This document shows, in pieces, positions 1 through 11,900 of a stretch of DNA of 64,000 bases. This DNA is from Octopus sinensis (lineage: Eukaryota). The position numbers and the translations under genes were made by a program. The notes beneath the pieces are model-generated. The model saw only the letters and a program-made list of their open reading frames with translations, searched no databases and was not told where the DNA came from. Every line of letters begins with the position of its first letter. Positions within the stretch are counted from its first letter, which is position 1. The stretch spans positions 61,070,001 to 61,134,000 of the forward strand of contig NC_042999.1 of the NCBI RefSeq assembly GCF_006345805.1, written 5' to 3'.

Positions 1-264
1 TGCTTTGCGTTTGTTTCCAGTGGGTATGTATAAATGTCTCATTTATTTACCTCATGCTAATGAGGAAAAGTTATTAGTGTAATCCAGAAATTGATCAACT
101 AACTAAATTATTATTATTTTATGAATTTCTGTGAGCCTACTCCTTGGATTTCAACACGTGTGTACTATAAAAGTGATAATTTTAAGTGGTTTGACGATTT
201 GGCGTCTATTTTCAGCATAAGTATAGTCTCTTAATTATACTTCTATTTCATACTATTATAACTT

Positions 265-312
<48 letters not shown>

Positions 313-319
<7 letters not shown>

Positions 320-617
320 ATCACGTGATCGACCAGACCATCAAATCTTGTTACACATCGCTGGTCACAATGCGTTCGCATTGTTTTAGCCTTCGAATGA
401 CGCCACCCCGCTGGCTAAGCGAGCAGGCCAACAGAAGAAAGAGTGAAAGAAAGAGTGGTGAAAGAGTACACCAGGGATCACCACACCCTGCCGGAGCCTC
501 GTGGAGCTTTTAAGATGTTTTCGCTCAATAAACACTCACAACGCCCCGGTCTGGGAATCGAAACCGCCATCCTACGACCGCGAGTTCGCTGCCCTAACCA
601 CTGGGCCATTGCGCCTC

Positions 618-620
<3 letters not shown>
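313..620 (-). mobile_element. tRNA-derived SINE family A (Arg-like head, OR-type-like), copy 1 of a tandem duplication
   Basis: The minus strand reads gtggaggcgcaatggcccagtggttagggcagcgaactcgcgg...ggtttcgattcccagacc, giving Pol III A box TGGCCCAGTGG and B box GGTTTCGATTCC. The same head recurs at 48694, 49546, 51609 and 58286. Confidence 0.85.
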
Positions 621-674
<54 letters not shown>

Positions 675-675
<1 letters not shown>

Positions 676-979
676 CACGTGATCACGTGATCGACCAGAC
701 CATCAAATCTTGTTACACATCGCTGGTCACAATGCGTTCGCATTGTTTTAGCCTTCGAATGACGCCACCCCGCTGGCTAAGCGAGCAGGCCAACAGAAGA
801 AAGAGTGAAAGAAAGAGTGGTGAAAGAGTACACCAGGGATCACCACACCCTGCCGGAGCCTCGTGGAGCTTTTAAGATGTTTTCGCTCAATAAACACTCA
901 CAACGCCCCGGTCTGGGAATCGAAACCGCCATCCTACGACCGCGAGTTCGCTGCCCTAACCACTGGGCCATTGCGCCTC

Positions 980-982
<3 letters not shown>
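675..982 (-). mobile_element. SINE family A, copy 2 (362-bp period tandem duplicate)
   Basis: Apparently identical to 313-620; the ORF track gives the same peptides offset by 362 bp. Confidence 0.85.
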
Positions 983-1048
<66 letters not shown>

Positions 1049-2340
1049 GAGTGTGTGTGTAATATAATAAATAAAATATATGTATATGTGTATGTAATGT
1101 ATATCTAAATATACATAGGGGTAAATACACACCCAAATATATTCGCATATTCACATACAAACACGCACACACCCACACAGATATATATATATATATGCGC
1201 CCGCGTGTGTGTGTGTATGCGCGCACTTCCACACTTTGTTTAACCATCACTATTTTAGCCTTTTCCAACAGATCTATGATCAAAGGCGTTGTAGACAAGA
1301 TCATCCTGTCTTTCCATTTTTCATATAGTAAAGTGTCTTGATCATAATTATCCAATGTGTCCATCTTTAGTAAGACAGCAACGTATTTCGAAAGAGATTT
1401 TATTGCTAATTATCATTGAGCTATCATCGTTGTCCCATGTTGGCCGTATTTTGAAATTGCTGTGTAAATGTTTTAAACACGTCCTTGTGTTTACTTAACA
1501 TAAAATCTTCTCTGACAGGAACAATTATGTTTTTTAACTATGTAACGTTTTACAAGATTTTTGCCGTTGAACTTAATTGACAAGTCACTGTCATCAACTC
1601 GCTTAATGCATTAAAGTTACTAAATGATAAAAAATTTATGAACACCACAGCATCTGAATTATATTTTCGCAAATAATTTGCCCTCTTCTGGCATCGTAAG
1701 AAATCTCTATATATTTTTAATAATGATTGTAATGACATTGGGTATTTTAGCTTGAAGAAATAAAGGAAGTTCTTTATGTGAAGAAAAACAGCTGGGTCAT
1801 AAAATATTTTGTCAGGTCTAGAATACAAATGGCTTACTGTAGCTTAATATTGTTTTTTAAAAGGTCATATACACATCAGTACATGAGCATGTGTGTGTAA
1901 TTAACATATCATAAATATGGATTTAGATTCTGCGTACGTTCTCCATTCTTTTATTTGAAGCCTAATGTCACTTAATCTATGTTCATATACTGTAAGTGCC
2001 TGGTTATTCATCACGCAGATGTTGATGTAAGCAAACCAGAATTGTACCTTCGAAGCCCCAATAGCTTTTTGACATATTTAAGATCCCGGAAATTCTCATT
2101 AATCTCCAAGAAATATTGCATTTTATATACACATTGACATTTATTCACATTTAATTACAAATATCCCCTCAAACAGGTGCACCACACAAACGCTTTGATC
2201 TCAATACTCGCAAACTTATATACATAATTACACGCGCGCATATACATATATATACATATACGTATGTATATGGACATACGTATGTATGCGTACGTATATC
2301 AACTTATGCAAATACATACATGATTTTGTATCTATCTTTC

Positions 2341-2427
<87 letters not shown>

Positions 2428-2455
2428 GGAGAGACAGAGAGACAGACAGACAATC

Positions 2456-2518
<63 letters not shown>

Positions 2519-2548
2519 TAGTCAGATTGATTGATATATATATATATG
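2341..2548. repeat. Compound microsatellite (CA)n(TA)n(GA)n(GATA)n
   Basis: Directly visible. Confidence 0.95.
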
Positions 2549-3984
2549 CACATTTATAATCATCACTACCTTTCCTCAAAATATTTTCTTTCCTGTCAGT
2601 TATATATGGTTGTATATGGTTAGCTTAAACTGCTAGGGATGTATTTAATATATTGATTACTAAGTTCTGTGAGCAGAAGCTTGGTCAATTCGTATCCTCT
2701 TTGTGGTGTTTTATTCTGTTTGAGGCAAATACTTCTTAACCCACTCTGTTTACCACTTTCTAATAAAGCGGAGGGGGCGAGTGGCAATCCACATAATTAC
2801 AACGCATATTTCTTAACCAAAGCACGTATATACGGTACACTAACATGTTTACTCCAATATTCATATGTGGTACATACAAAGATAGCATGAACTATAGGCG
2901 AAATGCAAATAATCTAGCTCTGTATTTTCGAATAATAGCAAGCAATTATCAGGATGACACTCCAGATTTGCTTCTTTGATTATAGAAGACTGCATCCTAA
3001 GGAAAATTCTCGGGACTTCATCATCAAAATAAAGCCCCATCACCAAGTAGAAGCTTTCACCAGCAGAACTTGTCTCTCACTCTAAAATTTAGTATGCGTA
3101 CGATGTTGCATACTCAGTGTTCATAATTGTATGGCGGGTGAGATTTGTCAACACCAGTGGAAGCTAGATCAAGCAGACAATTTTTCTTTTTTATTTATGT
3201 TAAGAAAGCAGGGTGGATGTAGGGAAGGCTATGGTTTTAGTTTGAACTAACTTCATCATTCCTACAGCAGTCTCTGAGTGTTTCGTAGGAGCCGATCTGA
3301 ACTACGTTGTATAGATAAATGCAGATGTACCACAAATATATTGGATTTTAGAATTGTCTCTGATGTTGTATTAATAAAACACCAGCTGAGCATCAGATTT
3401 ATTTAACGTAATATCTTATTTTTTTACGTTAAAATTATCAAAACTTGAAACGCTTTGACGTCAAACTAGTCGAATCGTCAGCGTATTGTTCAAACTGCTG
3501 TTGCGTTATTTGTTCCGGTTGCTTGCCTTCAGAGTTCAAATGCCGCTTAGATAAGTTTTGCATTGTAATCATTCAACATCGGTAAATAATGCTCCAATCT
3601 AGAGCGGTTGACTGACCGTAGTATTGGATTTGATGTTTTACAACAATTATTCCGTTTGCTTATGTTTTGACTTCGATGAACACTGCTGAAATGCTTTGAT
3701 CAAGTCTGATATGGTGCTCCACATAAACTGCAAAATCTTGTGTTGGCCGTCTGAAGAGAAACTAGGAACAGGACAAATTTGGTGATTTTAAATTAACATA
3801 AAGCAGAGAATAATTTATATTTGCATATATCCTTGCGTAAATTTTCCTTTTGGGCTTATAATCCATTCATTGCCATTCCTGCAGCTGTTGGTCAGAATGG
3901 ACTTCCATGCTAAAGTCTGGATATCCGTGATTTCCGTTGAGAAAAGTATATAGTGGTAGATTTCTTCGACTTCTGCAGATTTAT

Positions 3985-4218
3985 TTATTTCTTTATTACC
4001 CATACGAGGCTAAACATAGAGGAGCAAACAAGAACAGACAAAGTGATTAAATCGATTACATTGTCTCCGGTGCGTAATTAGTACTTATTTCATCGACCCC
4101 GAAAGGATGAAAGGCAAAGTCAACCTCGGCGGAATTTGAACCTAAAACGTAACGGTAGACGAAATACTGCTAAGCATTTCGCCCGGTGTGTATAACGATT
4201 TTGCCAGCTTGCCTCCCT
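3985..4218 (-). mobile_element. SINE family B (ggcggcgagctggcag head; gtcgactttgcctttcatcctttcggggtcgataa core)
   Basis: Reverse complement of the family-B sequence seen at 42446 and 55418; B-box-like GAGTTCAAATTCC region. Confidence 0.85.
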
Positions 4219-4429
4219 TATTTACATTATATTGTGCTTGTTCCGCACTCTTTTGAGACATCACATGAAAACAGGTACATGCGACATCAGGTCAGATGCA
4301 CAACACAGTGGGATGATGTAGTACTTGGCCAGAGGCACGTATACTTCGTATATCTGTATGACTTTGACACAGGAACATCTGTTATTTGACCAACAATTGA
4401 AGCCCTCGAGAGGTACAACCATATAACCC

Positions 4430-4650
4430 CCTCCGGACCAGAGCGGACATGGGAAAACTGAAAAACATTACTCGACACAGGATTGATGAAGTTCTGAGCT
4501 TCACTGTTGGAAAGTGCTCAATGCTTTACTCGGGACATTCCTTGAATTGTGCGTGATAAAACGAAAATGAGTTGTGTTAGGTCAATTTTCAATGGTAGAC
4601 CACAACAATATGTTTAGTATCAAAGCGTGTAACAATCAAATTCGTTAGAA
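4430..4650 (+). pseudogene. Possible highly decayed RTE-type AP-endonuclease fragment
   Basis: Plus frames give MGKLKNITRHRIDEVLSF, GKCSMLYSGH and SIFNGRPQQYV, which loosely resemble RTE endonuclease motifs (GKLxNI, YSGH, FNGKP). The frames are broken by stops and shifts. Confidence 0.3.
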
Positions 4651-4718
4651 ATCAAATGACGGACATAAACAAGAACTAAAATCAATCACTCACACACACA
4701 TGTACACACACATATGTT

Positions 4719-4760
<42 letters not shown>

Positions 4761-5173
4761 AACACAGACGCATGCGCATATCAAGATACACATTATAGAA
4801 GAACAGAATGGAATAAGCAGAGCAAGAGCACACACGAAGACGGAAATTGTCACTGTTGAGGCTACAGATGTGTGAGGAAAGATTTCCGGACAATGGATAT
4901 GAGAACGGGAATAAACGAATGAAGAATGAATATATAGTGCGTGTGTTTATTTCTCAACCCCCCCCCCAAAAAAAAAACAGGAGGAAAAACGATCATCCCG
5001 AAATACAACAATACCTCTTTCAACAAAGAAAGGAATCTTGCAACAAATTGATTAACGTTGTCTCACGTTGAAAAAAATCTGTTTGTCTTTGTCTCTTCTT
5101 GCATGCACATTTCTACTTATATGTTGAATCATTCTCAAACATAGTCTTGCTTCTTAGGTTTAAGCTTCTGGTA

Positions 5174-5204
<31 letters not shown>

Positions 5205-5608
5205 TTTCTTTTTTCAATATTATTATGTATTCGTATAACTCTCTATGGTTTTTTCTGCTAGTGAAATTGTTATGTTGAACTATACTAGGCACGCGTGGCC
5301 TTTTTTATATTGTATTTCGCCTCGACCTGTTACTGTTTTGTTAAACATATCCCTTAGATTCTCATGTTATAGTTTAACTGCACATATAGACTTGCATACA
5401 CATTGATATGACTTTTTTTTCTTTTTTCGTCTCTCTCACTATTATTATTGTTGTTATCATTATTTTCCCTTTCACAACTTGGTTTGTAAATTATCCGATT
5501 TTCCCTCACTGCTCCATCTGTTTTCTCTTATTGTATCTTATTTTATTTTTATTTTTATTTTATTTTATTCTATTTCATCTTATTAAACTTTCTTGGTGTT
5601 CTTCAAGA

Positions 5609-5721
5609 GATTCCTCACACTGATGAGAATGACAATGCATAAATTTAGTTATAATTACTATGATCAAATTTTTTTCTTACACATTTGTATTGTTTTTCGA
5701 AACGTACGTCTGCATTGAATC
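5609..5721 (+). ncRNA. Decayed type I hammerhead ribozyme motif (long stem II)
   Basis: CTGATGA 5620-5626; stem II gaatgacaatgca / tgtattgtttttc; GAAA 5699-5702; C-GTAC-GTC with palindrome ACGTACGT. Stem I has only 2 proximal bp, an internal loop, and distal gattc/gaatc. Confidence 0.45.
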
Positions 5722-5814
5722 CAGTTTTGCAAAAAATCTATTTCTGATTCAACATTTTTTCTTTACTTTGTTTATACTTGTTTATGGTATATTTTTATAC
5801 CTCTAAGGAAACTC

Positions 5815-5849
<35 letters not shown>

Positions 5850-5926
5850 ATGCAATACGAGAGTATTGCTTTCCAGTAAAGAATAGCCCGTGAGGGAAAA
5901 TTATACATAGAAGTAAATATATGGTA

Positions 5927-6189
5927 CAACGTTGCATGATGGACGGCAGGCATCGTACTTCTTCATCTTTGGCTCAAAAAGTGTCAGCTGTTTAGTGGAA
6001 AGAGTGCAGTTCACCAAAGTTTGAACCAGTGTGGCTTTCATGGATGCATTCCTCGTATGAAGCCTCTACTCACTACGAAGCATAAATCAAATCATATTTC
6101 ATTCCCGAAACCTATGCGAGTAAGGGGAAGGAGTTTTGGAATAAAATTCTTTTTTTCACGAGACAAAGATAAACTCCTTTGGGTCATAT
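5927..6189 (+). mobile_element. Tc1 transposase fragment, inverted duplicate of 7905-8166
   Basis: Encodes CGFHGCIPRMKPLLTTKHK (Tc1 second HTH and linker). About 94% identical by eye to the reverse complement of 7905-8166. Confidence 0.85.
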
Positions 6190-6196
6190 ATTTACT

Positions 6197-6235
<39 letters not shown>

Positions 6236-6259
6236 ATATATATATATTGTATCTTACAG

Positions 6260-6324
<65 letters not shown>

Positions 6325-6572
6325 TGTATCTTACAGAAATATATATATATATATATTAAATCTTACAGAAATATATATGGCCCTACAGTAGCATCCACCC
6401 TTAGGGGTTAGCCATATTGAAATGGCAAAAATACGTCACGTTGTGTTACCGCTACTGTATATAACTCATATTGATATTTATCATTGTTTGACTTCACTTT
6501 TTCAATATCAGCGACAGTGGACGCTGGAAAAGTATAAGTATTTGTGAAGGAAATCTAATTCTCGGCGACAAC

Positions 6573-6633
6573 TATGATTGTCACACGCTGACGAGAGGTC
6601 AATACCTCGAAACTCGAGTCCGTGTGTATCATA
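6573..6633 (+). ncRNA. Type I hammerhead ribozyme (intact core)
   Basis: Stem I cacacg 6582-87 / cgtgtg 6621-26, extended by tatgat/atcata across a bulge; core CTGACGA 6588-94; stem II GAGG-tcaata-CCTC; GAAA 6609-12; stem III AC-tcga-GT; GUC triplet with predicted cleavage after 6620. Confidence 0.9.
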
Positions 6634-6924
6634 AGTTGAAGACGGGAAGGATGACTTCCCTTTGCAAATACTGACAGGACACAGAAAGTGTGTCTATGGC
6701 CAGCTGGAGGAGTGTGTCCTCCTGGGGCTAAAAACTACAGTAGCATCCACCCTTAGGGGTTAGCCATATTGAAATGGCAAAAATACGTCACGTTGTGTTA
6801 CCGCTACTGTATATAACTCACATTGATATTTATCATTGTTTGATTTCACTTTTTCAATATCAGCGACAGTGGGCGCTGGAAAAGTATAAGTATTTGTGAA
6901 GGAAATCTAATTCTCGGCGACAAC

Positions 6925-6984
6925 TATGATTGTCACACGCTGACGAGAGGTCAATACCTCGAACTCGAGTCCGTGTGTATCATA
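6925..6984 (+). ncRNA. Type I hammerhead ribozyme, second copy with a 1-nt deletion in GAAA
   Basis: Same as the first motif, but reads cctcGAACtcgagtc at 6957-6971, one A missing. Confidence 0.8.
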
Positions 6985-7138
6985 AGTTGAAGACGGGAAG
7001 GATGACTTCCCTTTGCAAATACTGACAGGACAAAGAAAGTGTGTCTATGGCCAGCTGGAGGAGTGTGTCCTCCTGGGGCTAAAAACTACAGTAGCATCCA
7101 CCCTTAGGGGTTAGCCATATGAAATGGCAAAAATACGT

Positions 7139-7195
<57 letters not shown>

Positions 7196-7301
7196 TATTT
7201 TACAGAAATTGCCATTACTCTGATAATATCGAAAGAATTCAAACGAAATTTATACTGAAGAATACTTTTAATGCATGCAAACATTATACGAATTTGGAGT
7301 A

Positions 7302-8639
7302 CAGAACAATAAACATTTTCAAATATACGAACGAAATATTCATTTTCAAACTATACAAACATGTACACCCTAAAGGATTATTTACTATATTCAATATTTG
7401 GTGTGAATTCTCCTCCTTTCAATGGCTGCATTAAGTCTTCTGGCCATAGTGTCGACCAAATTTCCGCATATAACCCACCTCCATTCATTCTGAATGATGT
7501 CTTTGAACTGTGTTACATTGTGGGTTTTTTCTCAATCTTCCTTTTCAAGGCACCCCACCGATGTTCTTTTGGGTTTATATCAGGTGACATAGTAAGCCAA
7601 GGCAGTCCTTTTACCATTTTATCTGATAAAAACGTAGTCGTCATCTTCGAAGTGTGTTTAGGGTCATTATCCTGTTGGAAATTGGAATGTCTTCCTAGTT
7701 CCTTGATGCTTTTCGACATTCTTTTCTGCAATATGTCATAATAAAGCTTTGCATCCATTGTTCTCTCAATAAATGAGAGTCCTCCCAAACCAGCCGCACT
7801 AATGTTCCCCAAAGCATAGCACTTCCACAGCAGTGTTTCACGGTAGGCACGGTTCATCTGTCGCTATTGATTTCACCTGGTCGTCGCCATACACATTTAA
7901 TACGATATGACCCAAAGAAGTTTATTTTAGTCTCGCCAAAAAGAATTTTATTCCAAAACTCCCTCCCCTTACTCGCATAGGTTTCGGGAATGAAATACGA
8001 TTTGATTTATGCTTCGTAGTGAGTAGAGGCTTCATACGCGGAATGCATCCATGAAAGCCACACTGGTTCAAACTTTGGTGAACTGCACTCTTTCCACTAA
8101 ACAGCTGACACTTTTTTTAGCCAAAGATGAAGAGGTACGACGCCTGCCGTCCATCATGCAACGTTGAATGTAGCGAATATCACGCGCCCTTAAAACAGAA
8201 GGACCACCCGGACGATGTTTATTGCTTGGCCATCCACTAGCTTTGTAGTTCTGAATTCCATTGGCAACTGTTTTTATGCTAATATGTATTCGTTTGCTAA
8301 TTAACTTGTATCATAAATCATTCTTCTGCAAATTAAAAATAATTTTCTTCAAATCTTCAGACAATTGCTTTCCCTTTGGGGGAATTTTAATCACAATCTT
8401 CTGATTTACACCACGGTGCACAAATCAGAATACCTGCGGATGCAATAACAATGACCGGTGCAAAAGTGTCAGGGGAAATAATCTATTAGAATTGAAATTA
8501 TCAGTAATATCTGCATTTAGGAAAACGAAAGTGGATAAAATATTGAAAATAGCAAATTTCCTTTAGGGTGTACATATTTTTGTAACGTTTGAAAGTGAAT
8601 ATTTCGTTCACATGTTTGAAAATGTTTATTTCCATAGTG
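7302..8639 (-). mobile_element. Tc1-family DNA transposon, full-length but decayed, with ~100-bp imperfect TIRs
   Basis: TIRs include aataaacattttcaaa...gaacgaaatattca...tacaccctaaagga at both ends, with flanking TA. The minus strand encodes PKGKQLSEDLKK (HTH), FQQDNDPKHTS and MSPDINPKEHRW (DD34E region). Confidence 0.9.
7430..8400 (-). pseudogene. Tc1 transposase pseudogene (includes ORF 7513-7857)
   Basis: Recognisable HTH and DDE motifs split across frames by stops and frameshifts. Confidence 0.85.
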
Positions 8640-8657
8640 TATGAACATATGTATATG

Positions 8658-8710
<53 letters not shown>

Positions 8711-9286
8711 ATACACACTCTCACACGTTTATATATTGAATAAAGCTAAAAGTACATGTCTAGCTAGATCGTGATTTGTACTAGAGAATTTAGGTCACAA
8801 AACAAAATTAAGAAATCTGAAAAAATTCCTCACCTGTTACCTATGTCAATACTAGTGTCATTTCTTATCTTCTGTTTCCATATTTTGAAATGTAACATCT
8901 AAAGAAATTTGAAGAAAAAAAATTCATGTAAAAATTTGTGCATTACGAAAAGTTCTTTATTACTGAATTTGTTTTGTATTTATTTGTTACCATAACTGCA
9001 TTTACCAAAATGTAGCCGAGTTTATATCACGAGTAATCATTAATGTATCGCAGATGTTAGCCTTTATTACAGATTTTCTTTTCTGATACTTGTGTAATAA
9101 ATAAATAACAAAATATATAAATAGATAAAATAAAAATCAAAGAAAACAGAGAGAGTATACTGGCTTCTAAATATAAACCTACGTCCTCCGTCGTGTATTT
9201 TCCGAATGTATTCTTATATTTCATATTTTCTTCAGGGCTGTGCATTTTATATATAATTATATTCTGTACACACACACCACACCACA

Positions 9287-9288
<2 letters not shown>

Positions 9289-9353
<65 letters not shown>

Positions 9354-9378
9354 ATATATAACACATATATAGACATAC

Positions 9379-9427
<49 letters not shown>

Positions 9428-9517
9428 TATATTTTATTATATATATTAAAACATATATATACATACATATATATATAAATATATTTATATATATATATAT
9501 ATATTATATATATATAG

Positions 9518-9553
<36 letters not shown>

Positions 9554-9592
9554 CATATATCTATATATAATATATATATATTATAATATATC

Positions 9593-9648
<56 letters not shown>

Positions 9649-9720
9649 TATTATTTTAATAATATAATATTATATATATATTAACCATATATATACATAT
9701 ATATAAATATATATATATAT
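9289..9720. repeat. Long degenerate (AT)n microsatellite
   Basis: Directly visible. Confidence 0.95.
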
Positions 9721-11148
9721 ATTCATTTTCCTTTCGCAATGAAAATATGTTATACCTCATTGTTTTTGTGTGTCAAAACGAAAAATTGCAAGTTTATTTC
9801 CCCTCTATTTTTTTCATGTAAAACGTATACATATATGTTTTTATGTGAGAATGGCATTTTTTTTATTTCGGTTTCGGGATATTTGTGTGCGTACGTGCTT
9901 ATAGGCGTGTATGTGCATACTTTTTGTGTAGTTACATTAGTTCTATGCATAAAACACAGTTATACAACTTCGAAATGTATCTCATTCTTTCAAATCTATA
10001 TCTACCTCTATCAAACTATCTATCTATCAATATTTCTTTCCCTTTGTCTCTCTCTCTCACTATCTCACTCTCTCTCTCTCTCTCTCGTTTTCTCTCACTC
10101 TTGGTGAAGAAAATATAAAGATAATTAATTTACGTAGCAATAAATGAAATCCTATAATATAAAATACAAAACTGAATAAAATTGAGAAAAGACAGCTGGA
10201 CATATGACGATTATACCAAAAAGGGGGTGGGGATTGAAGAACAGTAAAATTGAAATAGGGTTAAAAGTTCAAATAACTTCACAATAACTTAAATTTTCGT
10301 TACACTTTCCAGCCACATTCGTTTATTGCTGAAGCCAAGCTGTACTTTTCTAGCCTTGAGCTTCCATGCATCGTATATATCAACAAAAAGCTTTTGTGTA
10401 TACTTAGTATTGAATCTGGTGATTTCGTGGTGGACAGAAACCGAAAGAAGCCCATCGTATGCATATGTGCATGTGTGGCGGGGTGTCCTCTTGAAGTACA
10501 TATGCTTATTCCAGTAATCCAAATCCTATGTCGATGGTATATTTGTGTGACGCATGCATGAAAGTTCAAAAATATTGGAAGTAATTTTTGTAATGTTTAA
10601 TCACAATTACATCTGTTCCGTTTGCCAATACAAGCTACAAACTTTTACATGTAGAAGAAACACATAAAATATATCCAATAAGAAATTTTTCAGACAGTTT
10701 CTCTTTCATATACTCGTTTTCTAACTTCAGCTAGCAGAATAAGGTGCATCTAATGGAGAAAACACAATGCCATAAGATGTTTCCAACTCCTGCTTCAATA
10801 TATATATATATTATATATATATATATATAATATATATATAAGTATATATATATATAGTGTAATAAATAAAATATATGCATATATACAAACTTATGTACGT
10901 ACCGACATCTACAGTATATATACATGCATATATAAATATATATATACGTACAGGACACCACAAGAAGTAAAAATCAACAGAAACGAAAACGGAAAAGCCA
11001 TTTTGTTACAACAGAAGGACAGAGACGTGGAACAAGACGAAACGAAAACGAAAACTGGTACTATTGTCTGAGAGCGCTTCGTGTCGGGTTCGTTTCAATT
11101 TTCGATTTTTCGAATTCTCAACTCGTTCCGTCTCTTTCCTCCTCGTTC

Positions 11149-11195
<47 letters not shown>

Positions 11196-11202
11196 TATAT
11201 AT

Positions 11203-11389
11203 TCTTTTATTTGTTACAGTCATATGACTGCGGCCCTGGTGGAGCACTGCTTTTTGTCGAGTAGATCGACCCCAGGACTTATTCTTTGTAAGCATAGTCC
11301 TTATTCTATCGGTTTCTTTCGCCGAACGGCTAGGCTACGGGCACGTAAACACACCAGCATCTGTTGTCAAGCGATGCTGGCGGGACAAA
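11203..11389 (-). mobile_element. SINE family C, 3' half
   Basis: Contains gtcgagtagatcgaccccaggacttattctttgtaagc...gccgaacggctag, as in the fuller copies at 22062, 50093 and 63392. Confidence 0.8.
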
Positions 11390-11499
11390 ATCATTGATGC
11401 TTGAAGGAGAAACAAAAAAAGGGTAAATTCTTTTCAGTTCCACAGCGGACAGGTCAGTTTTAGCTTCACTACTATTATAATGTAAATCTTTTTGAACTC

Positions 11500-11900
11500 A
11501 TAATATTCTGTACGTGTATACTGAACTTTTTAAATAATTCCTTCTGGAAATTATCTTGAGAATGTATAATATATTTGTTGTAATCTTTTGTGCCCATTAT
11601 TTCAATGAGCTTGTTAAACTTTTTTATATTCTCGACATGCTTTTGTCACCAAAGAATGTATATTTATATGGATTGTAGTACTCTGTGTCAACCAATATTC
11701 TGTGCATGTTTGAATATACAGATAAAACACCAATACTAATATCAATTCCTTCTGGAAACTATCTTAAGCATGTCCTTGAGAACGATTATTTATGTAGTAA
11801 TCTTTTGTGCCCAATATTTTAAGGAACTTGTCGAAATTGTTTATGTCCTTAACATGTCCTTGTTACCAAAGACTGTATATATGTAATGTAGCAATTTGTA
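11500..11900. repeat. Diverged ~208-bp tandem duplication
   Basis: ttccttctggaaa at 11538 and 11746; gtaatcttttgtgccca and tcaccaaagaatgtatat/ttaccaaagactgtatat are repeated at a similar spacing. Confidence 0.7.

Larger units (their letters stand above)
6383..7143 (+). repeat. Tandem array of a ~352-bp structured unit (2.2 copies), retrozyme-like
   Basis: Units start at 6383, 6735 and 7086 (ctacagtagcatccaccc). Full copies differ by 4 substitutions and 1 deletion. Flanked by (AT)n tracts. Confidence 0.95.

Noticed and set aside
15-29. Possible 3-nt microexon ttccag|TGG|gtatgt
   Set aside because: It lies at the window edge with no host gene context and cannot be distinguished from chance.
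1550-4503. Cluster of possible minus-strand exons (4287-4503, 3650-3750, 2861-3075, 1550-1818)
   Set aside because: Acceptor-like sites exist, but frames end in stops without matching donors, phases do not chain, and no peptide is recognisable.
6383-7143. CRISPR-like or LTR interpretation of the tandem unit
   Set aside because: There are no unique spacers and the DNA is eukaryotic. There are also no TG...CA ends, primer-binding site or internal domain.
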